DNA of 64,000 nt from Candidatus Hodarchaeota archaeon (GTDB taxonomy: Archaea; Asgardarchaeota; Lokiarchaeia; Sigyniarchaeales; SOKP01), in NCBI GenBank assembly GCA_048886685.1, contig JBHLKM010000011.1, forward strand, positions 104,855 to 168,854, read 5' to 3'. Below are positions 27,262-37,507 of this stretch, piece after piece. The notes under the pieces were generated by a model. That model saw only the letters and a list, made by a program, of their open reading frames with translations, was not told the origin of the DNA and searched no databases. How positions within the stretch are numbered: the stretch's first letter is position 1; the number at the start of each line of letters is the position of its first letter. The position numbers and the translations under genes were made by a program.

Positions 27262-28581
27262 TTGAACTTGGAAGATTATAGACAAAAGGAAAGTTCTGAA
27301 AAGGAAGCTCCACTCTCACCAGAAATAGATGATTATCTCTATAAGACAGAAACCATGTCTCTTTCGATAAGAGAAGGACTTTTTGGAGGGCTTTCGCAAT
27401 CGTTAGCAGATCAATTTATTACACCCTATGCGCTAAATCTGTATATCAGTCCAACTCAGATAGGGATAATGAGTTCGCTCCTTGGAATTATGTCTCCTAT
27501 TGGTCAAATAATAGGCTCTAATAGAATGAAAAAACAATCACGAAGAAATATTATGTTAAAAGCTATTTCTTTTCAATTACTGATGTGGCCACTGATAATA
27601 CTTTTAGGAATATTTGCCATAAATAATTGGTATGTTTCTATACTCCCAATTTTTTTAATAAGTTTTTACATACTATATTCATTTTTTGGATCAATTAGTG
27701 GACCAAGCTGGTTTTCTTTAATGGGAGATATAGTACCTGAACATCATCGAGGCCGTTATTTCTCTAAGCGAAATTTAATCATTACCGCAATCTCTATAAC
27801 CATAAGTTTACTAGCTTCAGTAGCTTTGGATGAATTTGTAAGATTAAATAGACTTTTCTTAGGTTTCTTTATCATATTCTTCATTGCTTTTTTGACTAGA
27901 GCTACATCTTTGTTTTTACTAATGCGACATTATTATCCTCCTTTTACTATTGAAAAACAGTCATATATTAGCCTTAAAAAATTTTTAAAGGAAATCCCAA
28001 ATAATAATTTCGGGATCTTTACTCTATTTATGGGATTTATTTATTTCTCTGTCCATATAGGAGCACCATTTGTAGGAGTTTATATGTTAAAGGTATTGAA
28101 TTTCAGCTATATCGAATATGTACTTGTAAATTTATCTACCCCGCTTTTGGGCATTCTATTCTCACCCCTTTTAGGATATCTTTCAGATAAGTATGGAAAT
28201 GCTCTTTTATTAAAAATATGTGGGTTATTATTACCTACAGTTCCCATTCTTTGGATAGTTATGAATACCCCTGTTCAATTGATTTTTGGACCTCAATTAG
28301 TTTCTGCATTTGCATGGATAGGAGTAAATCTAGCAACTTCAAATTTCATTTATGACAACATATCCACACAACAACGAGGGTTTTATATTTCATATTACAG
28401 TTTTTTTATCGGATTTGGGATATTATTCGGTGGACTTTTAGGAAGTTATCTTATAAATATAGTCCCAATTCTTTTTGTATGTGCTTTTGAAACCCTCTTT
28501 TTAATTTCTGGAATTTTAAGATTATTTGTTGATGCAATTTTCCTATGGCGTATAAAGGAAGTAAGAGTGACAAGAAGTTAA
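27262..28581 (+). CDS. MFS transporter
   Basis: About 12 hydrophobic segments. WFSLMGDIVPEHHRGRYFSKR, GYLSDKYGN. Confidence 0.88.
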   Translation: MNLEDYRQKESSEKEAPLSPEIDDYLYKTETMSLSIREGLFGGLSQSLADQFITPYALNLYISPTQIGIMSSLLGIMSPIGQIIGSNRMKKQSRRNIMLKAISFQLLMWPLIILLGIFAINNWYVSILPIFLISFYILYSFFGSISGPSWFSLMGDIVPEHHRGRYFSKRNLIITAISITISLLASVALDEFVRLNRLFLGFFIIFFIAFLTRATSLFLLMRHYYPPFTIEKQSYISLKKFLKEIPNNNFGIFTLFMGFIYFSVHIGAPFVGVYMLKVLNFSYIEYVLVNLSTPLLGILFSPLLGYLSDKYGNALLLKICGLLLPTVPILWIVMNTPVQLIFGPQLVSAFAWIGVNLATSNFIYDNISTQQRGFYISYYSFFIGFGILFGGLLGSYLINIVPILFVCAFETLFLISGILRLFVDAIFLWRIKEVRVTRS

Positions 28582-28622
28582 GAATATAAGAACTAGGCGA
28601 AAATTGAGTTTTTTTTATTCTA

Positions 28623-30896
28623 TCATAGCAATTTTTTGAATAATCTAATTGTAAAGGTAGAACCTTTGAATCGTCCTTCAGATTCAACAATTATTCGCCC
28701 ACCATGTAATTCCACAATTTCTTTTGCGATGTACAGCCCAAGACCTGAACCTTCTATATCAACGTCTAAATCTTTCCCATACCGTTCTATTTTTCCAAAT
28801 TTTTCAAATAATTTCAATTTTTCTTTTTCCGTCAGTCCTATTCCAGTATCTCTTATATGAATATCAACATAATCCGGATTCTCGCCCAGAGTTATAAAAA
28901 TCCTCCCTTCTTTTGCTGTATTTTTAATTGCATTTGATATAATATTAGAAAGAACCTGCCTGAATCTTAATTTATCTATATCTAAATACAATTGCTCTGG
29001 AAGTTCTAAAATTATTTTTAGTTGACGATTAGTAGCTAGATATTTCATATCTTTCACACAATCAATTATAATTTCTATGAGGTTTTCATTTTGAAGTTTT
29101 AAATCTAATTTCTTTGCATCCAACCTTGAAACATCTAATAAATTCTCTATTAATTGTTTCATTCTTATGCTACCTCGGAATCCAATTTCAATGTACTTTT
29201 GGGCGTTTTTTCCAATCTCTTCTAAATAGAGTTGAGTAAGGATTTGATTTGCACCATAAATGGAGGTCATAGGAGTTTTCAACTCATGAGAAACTCTTAT
29301 AATAAGATCTTTTCTCAATTCTTGGAGCTCTAATAATCTTCTATTCTCTTCAATAATGAGTTTTTCAGCATCTTTTTTGTCAGTGATATCGGTGAATATT
29401 ATAGCAAAAAATCCTTTTTCTGGAGAATATCCAGAAACTTTATACCAACGATCAAGGGCTTCTGAATAATCTTCAACTGTTAAAGGAATACCTGTGAGCC
29501 CCACATTACCAAATTTACCTACCCAATCCGCAGGATCATTCTCTGTTCCAGGAATTGCTACTGTTACTCTCTTCCCAATTAAATCTTCTTTTTTTAATCC
29601 GGTCAACTTTTCAAAGGCGGGATTCACTTCTATATATTCATAATCAATTGGTTTGTTATTATCATCTGTAATTACTTTATGATAAGCAAATCCGGCATTC
29701 ATGTTCTCGAACAAAGAACGGTATTTTTCTTCGGATTCTTTTAATTCCTTTTCCGATTTTCTTCTTTCAGTTATATCATCAACGTGCATTAATACTAAAT
29801 CAGGAGGAATATAAGCAAACTGTATTGAAAGATCTCTCTCTTCTTCTAAAACATTAACATAATATTTTAACTCTCGAGTTATATTGATTTTATCATTAAA
29901 GCAACGATGTAAGTCTTTGAGAATATCAGGGCGGTTTTGGAAGAAAATGGATCCCAAAACTTTCAAATATCTTTTTATATCATCTAAAGAATATTCTTCT
30001 AAAGCTTTGTTATAATCAATAAGTAGAAAGTCGTCTTCAACTTTTTGCCAGGTCAAAGTGGGTACAGGACTTCCCATAAAAAGAGCTTTGAATTTTTCTT
30101 CTGATTCTCTTAGTTTTTCCTCAGCTAATTTTTTCTCAGTAATATCATTTATTATTACTTGAATGAAACTTTCATTTCCTGTCTTAAATTTAGAGCTTTG
30201 CCAGTTAAGCCAAATTTTCCTTTCTTTTTTTGTAATAAGGAAAAATTCAATAGGATCTAAATCCATTCCTTCACGAAACGCTTTAAATCGTTCATTAAAA
30301 AGCCGTATAAGTTGTTCTTTGTTTTTAAAATATGAAATTATCTCAAGAAAATTCTTTTCAGAGAAGTCTTCTGTAGCATATTCTGATAATTTTTTAAGAA
30401 GAGCTTTATTAGATTCAATTAAATTTCCTTTATTATCGAATATTAAGATACCAAATGGAGACTCCTTAAACAAGTGTCTATATTTTTCTTCTGATTCTCT
30501 TAATTTCAGTTCTACCTTCTTGAATTCAGTAACATCATGACCAATCCCTAATATCGCGTAAATCTCTCCATTTTTTTTCAATGGAATTGTATTAATTTCG
30601 ATATATATAAGATCTCCGTTTTTCTTTTTAACTTTATACATTCTAGGTTCTTTTACTTTTCCTGTCTGAACCGTTTCCGCCATTAAATCTTGGATTTCAA
30701 CAACATTTTCTTCAATCGATAAAAAATCTATAGCATTCAGGGAAAGTATTTCTTCTTTAGAATATCCAAGTTTTTTAATTACAACATCATTAACATCAAT
30801 GATATTTCCTGCTTTATCATGAAGATATATATAGCTATATGAATTTTCAAATATTTCTTCAAGATGATTATTATATTCCTGAATTATACTCATCAA
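28623..30896 (-). CDS. Cytoplasmic multi-PAS sensor histidine kinase
   Basis: Four PAS repeats linked by ESEEKYR/ESEEKFK. H-box SHELKTP, N-box NIISNAIK, DTGIG, GSGLGL. Confidence 0.93.
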   Translation of the reverse strand: MMSIIQEYNNHLEEIFENSYSYIYLHDKAGNIIDVNDVVIKKLGYSKEEILSLNAIDFLSIEENVVEIQDLMAETVQTGKVKEPRMYKVKKKNGDLIYIEINTIPLKKNGEIYAILGIGHDVTEFKKVELKLRESEEKYRHLFKESPFGILIFDNKGNLIESNKALLKKLSEYATEDFSEKNFLEIISYFKNKEQLIRLFNERFKAFREGMDLDPIEFFLITKKERKIWLNWQSSKFKTGNESFIQVIINDITEKKLAEEKLRESEEKFKALFMGSPVPTLTWQKVEDDFLLIDYNKALEEYSLDDIKRYLKVLGSIFFQNRPDILKDLHRCFNDKINITRELKYYVNVLEEERDLSIQFAYIPPDLVLMHVDDITERRKSEKELKESEEKYRSLFENMNAGFAYHKVITDDNNKPIDYEYIEVNPAFEKLTGLKKEDLIGKRVTVAIPGTENDPADWVGKFGNVGLTGIPLTVEDYSEALDRWYKVSGYSPEKGFFAIIFTDITDKKDAEKLIIEENRRLLELQELRKDLIIRVSHELKTPMTSIYGANQILTQLYLEEIGKNAQKYIEIGFRGSIRMKQLIENLLDVSRLDAKKLDLKLQNENLIEIIIDCVKDMKYLATNRQLKIILELPEQLYLDIDKLRFRQVLSNIISNAIKNTAKEGRIFITLGENPDYVDIHIRDTGIGLTEKEKLKLFEKFGKIERYGKDLDVDIEGSGLGLYIAKEIVELHGGRIIVESEGRFKGSTFTIRLFKKLL

Positions 30897-31097
30897 AGAT
30901 TAAACCAACCCTTTTTTTAAATGAAAAATATTCTAATTTCGAAAAAAAATGATAACATATTTATTAGTTATCTAATCTCTTATACATTTTATCACTAGAT
31001 AAGGTATAAAAACTTTGTTAAAATAAAGATTTAAATACAAAATCTTACATCCATTATTAAAAAAAGTGTTTTTTACACAAAAAGTCTCAAATTTGCG

Positions 31098-31196
31098 GAA
31101 CAAACGGCTTCAATGTATGAGATTGCGGCAACAGCGAATAAAATAGATAAATTAGCAGAGTCTCTGAAAGCGTCGCTAATCCAAAAGAATATTTGA
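31098..31196 (+). pseudogene. Remnant of a methyl-accepting chemotaxis protein C-terminus
   Basis: Reads EQTASMYEIAATANKIDKLAESLKASLIQKNI*, resembling the MCP terminal methylation helix. The rest of the gene is absent. Confidence 0.55.
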
Positions 31197-31335
31197 TAAT
31201 TTTTCTGTTGTAATTTATCAATTTGTACTTTCATTTTTCCTTTTAGCTTTTTAGAAATCCATATAAACATAAAATATTATTAGTATTTCAACTTTTATTT
31301 CAAAATAAAATTTTTCAGTAAAAGGTTTAAGAAAA

Positions 31336-34300
31336 ATGAAGAAATTTCAAAAAATTTCAATAATATTAATTGGATTCGCGATTATACCAAGTATTTTGTG
31401 CATTGGAGCGTTAAATGGGAACAATGTAAGCGAAAACTCGAATTTTAATAGTAATCATTTAAATATCTCTGAGGAACCCTTCCTCTTATTACAAGAATTT
31501 GGAGCGTCAACCTACTATATTTCTCCTGAAGCTTCTCCTGGCTCTAATGATGAAGTTTTTTTTTCCTTTATGACCAATAAAGATGGAAATTTTTCAATCT
31601 CAGTAAATAATTATCCAAGCGAGCTCACGAGTACAATAGAATTAGAAGATGATGTAGCTTTTGATAATCCTAGTGGAACAAATCTCTGGTATCTTTCTTA
31701 TTTAGAACTAGATATAGAATTTGAGGGTCTTACTATCAATAGAATAGGGAATTATTCAATAAAATTACTTATAAGCGATGATAAAGGAGGAACTTGGGAA
31801 AGGAAAACAATAGCAGAATTTATTCCCTCAGGTATGAATTTTGCAGAGTTATTCCGGGACTTAGCTGGTTTAGGTCTCTCCGCGTATCCTGAAATGGGTT
31901 TGATAGGTGCGGTTTCATGGTATAATTATTCTGATTTAGTTTTTGTAGGGTCATTAGACAATGGTACAACATGGGGTACACCGAAAACAATCATTAAGGC
32001 TGGAGATATTGGAGCAGATTTCTTTTTTAATCCTTTCCAAGGATTCTATCCCTTACTTGAAATTTGCATATTGAAAAATTCATCGATCTATGTGTTGACA
32101 CAAGCTAATTCTCCAAGCTATACTCCAATAGTGTATTTCCGGAGTGATGATAACGGTATTACCTGGAGTATCCCTAAAAATGTTACGGTCTCTCGTGGGG
32201 ATAATTTAAGAAAAATTAAGATGCAGGTGGATTATGAAACTGGGGATTTTTGGTTCATGTGGATGTACACCAATGATACAATTGATTATCAAATAGAATG
32301 GAGTGAATTTAATAGATTGAATAACGAGACTTTATATTCAAATGTTCCAGTGAATATAATATATAATGGAAAAGATTGCAATTTTGACTTTCTTTATGAT
32401 GGGCAGGGATCGATTTTCAGAATGATTCGCGTTCATCCTATTGGTAGTTACCCTTTTGAAAACTTTGAAGTATTCAATTTTACCTGTACTAGTTTTGGGA
32501 GTTCTTGGGATAACACATCACTTGGTTATCATGATGTTTTAGATAATCATTATGCTTCTGTGTTCACTTTAAATTTTGCATTTGATGGGAATGAATTTCA
32601 ATTATTTTATGAAGCTTCTTATACAGGATTTACCGAACTTTATCAATATTATGTACGGAAGAATCCAATTTTTTGGGAAATTAATGGATTTTTCATAAAA
32701 GATGAACCTATTCAGATACATTGGAATGGTCGCAAATATATTACAGAGCAAATAACTATTTCGACAGTAAGGGTAGAATTTACCGCGCAAAACAATACAG
32801 ATACAATTTCACGCACTAAATACATTACCATAGATAATGACACACCTTATTATGAAGAATACATTCAAAAAAAGCATTATTTTAATCCTCTTTCTGGTGA
32901 TATCACGTTTACAGAAGTAGAATGGGATTTACTTGCTTCAGAAGAATGCACTGCTTTTTTGGAAATCTTCAAACAAGGTTCAAGCCTTAGTGATTGGCAA
33001 AAAGTAACTAATAATAATTTGCATGAATTAGATCCGAAAATATTTAGATCAAATACAGGTGAATTATATATACTCTATCACTCAGTTGAATTGGGTACAA
33101 AAATTGTATATTTAATTAAATCACATGATAATGGGATTACTTGGTCAAGCCCGGTAGAAATTACAAGAATTACAAGCAAAAGTTCAGATTTTAGATATGA
33201 AGGAGCAGCATGGGGACCTGTAGTAATAATCTATTTACGAGATGTGGATTCAGGTGAAGATTTATTTTATAGAAGTTTTGTTGGGGGAGAATTCTTTGAA
33301 CCACCAATTCCGATGATGAATTTAGTAATAAATGATAAGGTTGAAAAATTAAAAATATCGAATAATGGAACTCTATTTCTCTTGTATAGAAATTACCCTG
33401 CCTTATATACGGTCTTAAAGTCAGCTGATTTAGGGTTTAATTGGGACGTTTCAGCTCAATGGACTGATTATCCACCAAATTTTACTGCAGTTTATGATTT
33501 AAAGGCTGATATGGCATACGATTATGAGAATGATTTATTACACGTCGTTTTACCCTATTTAAATTATACTCGTGTTGCTAATTACTCAGTTGCAACATTA
33601 GATGTATCAACTAGCACTTGGAGAGAACCCAGAGGTACTGGAACAATTTATCCTATGGGTACATACAGTAGAGAACCTAAATTATTAATTACCAGAGATT
33701 CAGATCCTCCCTTCATAAAATTGAAAATATTATACATACACGATCAACAAACTATGGGGACTTGGACAAATTATACCCTCAAGGAAATAGTTTCAAATGA
33801 TTTAGGGGCAACTTGGTCTGGTCCATATCTAGTAGAAAATTCAAATAATGCCACTATTTTCACATCAAGTATCTTTGATACCTTTTACGTAACCCAGAAA
33901 TCTGATGGGAATGATTATGAAGTATATTTCAGTCGTGAAGGAAGTTTAATACGCACTAAAAAAGAAACTCTCTCTTCGGCATCTCATACTGATATTAGTT
34001 TTGATGGAATTGATGATTTTGGAGCCTATATCTCAGAGGGAAATTATTCTTATAATCTTCACCTTAGAGATGATGCAGGGAATTTTATTAATACTCAAGG
34101 ATGGTTTTTTGCGGACTATAATGCGCCAGAAATATCAGAACCAATAGTTAATTGGACGTTCACTCCAACACCGCGTCTTGACGTAGAAGTAACTGCAGAT
34201 ATAACTGATGGTATAGGATTTTCTGCTTTTATATATTATAAAAGAGATTTGGGAACCTGGATCACTATTCCAATGGAAAATATTGGTGGAGATACTTATT

Positions 34301-35922
34301 TAGCTGTAATTCCACATGATAATACTACAAATATGATCCAATACTATATAAAAGCTGTAGATCTTGCAGGGAATGCTTTTTATCGGGATAGAGGTAGCCT
34401 ATATTACACTTATGATATGCCTAGATATGAATGGGAGAGTCTTGGTCTTTTTAATGAAACAACAAGCTACTCTTCATCACAGAATTATGAAATCTCGATA
34501 ACTATTACAACTGATCTTGAATATGTCCAAAGCCTTATTTTTCGCTATTCCTATGACGGGGGCACTACATGGTACGAGTTAGAATTGTTACCAAATAGTC
34601 CTGAATTTATTGGGATTTTAGAAGATATTCCAGAAGATACACAGATCTTAATGTATGAATTACTTTTAAATGATATTTTCGGTGAGCAGGTTACCCTTTA
34701 TGAAACTCAACAAATTTCATTCTTCCCTGAAATCCCCAGTTTTACAATTACTGGCCCACAATCAATTATTGTAATTACGATTGCAGCAGTTGTAGGCTTT
34801 CTTGTCGCTTTTGGATATATTAAACTAAAAAGTAAGAGTCATGAAGTGATTTATAAACAAATTTTTCTTAGAGAATATGCAAAAAAATCAGTTAAAATAG
34901 AAAAAAACGCGGATACACCGAAAAAAAAGCATATAAAGATAGGGAAAAAAAAAGGAGTCTCTGATGAAAAAGGAGTACTCTTAGAGAAATCCGTGGGAGC
35001 ATCACCATTCACTATAGCATATTTAGGGATATTATCGATAACTCTGGCAGTTTTCTTTCTCGGATATAACTTCGCAGAAGTTAATCCCCAGGGGGGAGTT
35101 CTGCTCCTCGCAGCAAGTCTAGTTCTCAGCATTTTTGGTTATATGATTCTTATTAGTAGAGATATTAGTCTTAATATTTATTTAGAGAAGATATTTAAGC
35201 GAAATATCATGCTAGAATTTTTCCAGATAGGTTTTATGCTGCTTAATATCATTATAATCTTATTTAAAGGATATGAGATTGCCTGGTTTCGCTACTATTT
35301 GATAGAACAAACGTATGATCTTGGTACAGTTTCTATACCTAAATTATATATTTCAGTTTTTGGCGTTTTCTTTACTTCACTGGTACTTGTAATGATAACC
35401 ACTTACCTCCAATTAAGAAAAACTGTTAAAAATGTCCAAGCTCAACGCTCTCAAGGTGCTTCAGATAATCTACTTCTATATATAAAAGACCAAAATTCTT
35501 CACGACTAATAACCCAAATGGGGTATAAAACAATAGCATTTATGGTAACAGTACTGATCGGTATCGTTTCAACCACTAACTTACTAACTGCGGAAACTGG
35601 AATGGCTCTTTTAGTTGTAATAATTCCATTTATTATAGCTGGTTTTTCAGCTCTAATTGTACATCGTATAATGGAAAGAAAAAGCCAAAAAGAAAAGATA
35701 GAAGATATTGAATTACCATTCATAGATTCTAGAAAAGAATGTAATAATTGTGGGAAATCAATATATCTATCAAATAAATATTGTGGTTCATGTGGGAATC
35801 AAGTGATTTATGCAGAAAATGTTGGGATTTATACTTCAAAATGTCCCATATGTGATGGATATATATATGAAGAGGCAGAATTTTGCCCTACCTGTGGTAC
35901 AGAGGTAAAAAAACAAGCATAA
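31336..35922 (+). CDS. Large surface protein with Asp-box (BNR) propellers, Ig-like domains, about 7 TM helices and a C-terminal double zinc ribbon
   Basis: Signal peptide. SDDKGGTW, SLDNGTTW, SDDNGITW, SHDNGITW, SADLGFNW, SNDLGATW, SYDGGTTW. Many N-x-S/T sequons. CNNCG/CGSCG/CPICD/CPTCG. Confidence 0.8.
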   Translation: MKKFQKISIILIGFAIIPSILCIGALNGNNVSENSNFNSNHLNISEEPFLLLQEFGASTYYISPEASPGSNDEVFFSFMTNKDGNFSISVNNYPSELTSTIELEDDVAFDNPSGTNLWYLSYLELDIEFEGLTINRIGNYSIKLLISDDKGGTWERKTIAEFIPSGMNFAELFRDLAGLGLSAYPEMGLIGAVSWYNYSDLVFVGSLDNGTTWGTPKTIIKAGDIGADFFFNPFQGFYPLLEICILKNSSIYVLTQANSPSYTPIVYFRSDDNGITWSIPKNVTVSRGDNLRKIKMQVDYETGDFWFMWMYTNDTIDYQIEWSEFNRLNNETLYSNVPVNIIYNGKDCNFDFLYDGQGSIFRMIRVHPIGSYPFENFEVFNFTCTSFGSSWDNTSLGYHDVLDNHYASVFTLNFAFDGNEFQLFYEASYTGFTELYQYYVRKNPIFWEINGFFIKDEPIQIHWNGRKYITEQITISTVRVEFTAQNNTDTISRTKYITIDNDTPYYEEYIQKKHYFNPLSGDITFTEVEWDLLASEECTAFLEIFKQGSSLSDWQKVTNNNLHELDPKIFRSNTGELYILYHSVELGTKIVYLIKSHDNGITWSSPVEITRITSKSSDFRYEGAAWGPVVIIYLRDVDSGEDLFYRSFVGGEFFEPPIPMMNLVINDKVEKLKISNNGTLFLLYRNYPALYTVLKSADLGFNWDVSAQWTDYPPNFTAVYDLKADMAYDYENDLLHVVLPYLNYTRVANYSVATLDVSTSTWREPRGTGTIYPMGTYSREPKLLITRDSDPPFIKLKILYIHDQQTMGTWTNYTLKEIVSNDLGATWSGPYLVENSNNATIFTSSIFDTFYVTQKSDGNDYEVYFSREGSLIRTKKETLSSASHTDISFDGIDDFGAYISEGNYSYNLHLRDDAGNFINTQGWFFADYNAPEISEPIVNWTFTPTPRLDVEVTADITDGIGFSAFIYYKRDLGTWITIPMENIGGDTYLAVIPHDNTTNMIQYYIKAVDLAGNAFYRDRGSLYYTYDMPRYEWESLGLFNETTSYSSSQNYEISITITTDLEYVQSLIFRYSYDGGTTWYELELLPNSPEFIGILEDIPEDTQILMYELLLNDIFGEQVTLYETQQISFFPEIPSFTITGPQSIIVITIAAVVGFLVAFGYIKLKSKSHEVIYKQIFLREYAKKSVKIEKNADTPKKKHIKIGKKKGVSDEKGVLLEKSVGASPFTIAYLGILSITLAVFFLGYNFAEVNPQGGVLLLAASLVLSIFGYMILISRDISLNIYLEKIFKRNIMLEFFQIGFMLLNIIIILFKGYEIAWFRYYLIEQTYDLGTVSIPKLYISVFGVFFTSLVLVMITTYLQLRKTVKNVQAQRSQGASDNLLLYIKDQNSSRLITQMGYKTIAFMVTVLIGIVSTTNLLTAETGMALLVVIIPFIIAGFSALIVHRIMERKSQKEKIEDIELPFIDSRKECNNCGKSIYLSNKYCGSCGNQVIYAENVGIYTSKCPICDGYIYEEAEFCPTCGTEVKKQA

Positions 35923-36097
35923 TTCTAAATTTTATTATTTTTTTTTATTAAGATTTTTAACTTATCTTTAGAGAGATTGGACTCACTTTTTATTTTCATA
36001 TAATATATTATAAAAATGAAGAAAATTCAAGTAAAAATTAAATATGATAAAATTAAAATTTAAAATTAGATAGGAATTCAAATAGGTTTGTTAGATT

Positions 36098-37486
36098 ATG
36101 TCAATGCATCTTTTAGAAAAAGAAATAGTGCAAAACAATATTTTCTTTGTAATTCCTAGTTGGGGTGATTTACTAGGTTTCCCTACTTTAGGAAATTATG
36201 CTAATCATAATATTTCAAAAATTTCCCAAGATCTTGTCATTTTTTTAGCTAGTAGTGAATGCGCTATATCTACAGAAAGAGGTACACTTTACTTCTTATT
36301 TGGGTTAGGATATTATTATATAAAATTCGAATTAGAATCTGGAAGATATATTACAGACCATCGTCAACTCACAGGATTAGTTTTGCCTGATTTTGTCTAT
36401 GATCACTTAGCAACATCAAAAAATATTACTTTAGAAAATGATCGAGATGTTATCATAGGGGAAAAATTATTCAAATTACCAATAGATATGTCATCCAAAT
36501 CAGAAAATAAAATTACCTTTATACAAGGAACTTTGATGAGAAACCTTTTCATCCCATATAAAGACATCTTCTTAGAATTTATGGAAACCATACGCGATCA
36601 TAAATCTTTTCAATTAAATAGAACTGGACATTTGTTGTTAAGTACTCATTGGTATTTCTACAACAAAATATTGATCTCAGGAAATATGGAATATGAACCT
36701 AAAACGGAGTATTTAAAACCTACCGCGGGGTTATTCGGAATTAGTTTTGGATCAGATAAAGTCTTAAATGAGTATTTCACAATATCCGAATTGAAGGAGA
36801 TTGACGATTCTATTATAAAATTAAAAATCCTCTATTCTTCTATTGATTATGATCCTATGTTTCTCTTTTCAATTATAGAAAATGCAGCCCCTTTATTAAG
36901 GGCACCTAAACCATTTTCTTTTAATCTTGAGGATGATCGAATGCATAAAAAAATGCCAAAGGAATCAATTTTTATCTCTGCTGAAAGGCGAATGAATTCT
37001 TTTAAAGATTGGCCTGTTGAATTTAAAAGACAAACAAGGGAACAATTAGAAAGCAGTAATATCCAAGAAAAATCAAGACTTTATCAACCTGATAAAAAAG
37101 AAATGCTTGAAAAACCGAAAGTTATAAAATTTCATAAAAGGGAAGAAGAATTTGAACTTAGGACAATGAAGAGACCTTTTATAGAAATTAAACCTCTTCC
37201 ATACATACCACATGAAAATGCCTTAGAAATTCTTTTAACGTTAAAGAAGATTGTTGAAGGAAATTATGATATACGTACAATTGGAAAAGCTTTTAATATA
37301 GCACGAAATAACATCAAAAAGAAAGTACTTCACGAAAACTATTTGTGGGATCTGAGCAAATATGCAAATATTTATGAACGAACAGAACCTAATATAGGAT
37401 TGAGTTTAAAAGAAAAGACTGAACTTCTTGAAGAAATTGATAAATGGGTTAAAACTTCAGTAGATCATTCTGATAAATTGATATAA
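36098..37486 (+). CDS. Hypothetical protein
   Basis: 462-aa ORF with a globular N-terminal part, a charged/Pro linker and a helical C-terminal domain. Lies 21 nt upstream of the profilin-like gene. Confidence 0.75.
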   Translation: MSMHLLEKEIVQNNIFFVIPSWGDLLGFPTLGNYANHNISKISQDLVIFLASSECAISTERGTLYFLFGLGYYYIKFELESGRYITDHRQLTGLVLPDFVYDHLATSKNITLENDRDVIIGEKLFKLPIDMSSKSENKITFIQGTLMRNLFIPYKDIFLEFMETIRDHKSFQLNRTGHLLLSTHWYFYNKILISGNMEYEPKTEYLKPTAGLFGISFGSDKVLNEYFTISELKEIDDSIIKLKILYSSIDYDPMFLFSIIENAAPLLRAPKPFSFNLEDDRMHKKMPKESIFISAERRMNSFKDWPVEFKRQTREQLESSNIQEKSRLYQPDKKEMLEKPKVIKFHKREEEFELRTMKRPFIEIKPLPYIPHENALEILLTLKKIVEGNYDIRTIGKAFNIARNNIKKKVLHENYLWDLSKYANIYERTEPNIGLSLKEKTELLEEIDKWVKTSVDHSDKLI

Positions 37487-37507
37487 TAATAAATTATAAC
37501 TCAAATT

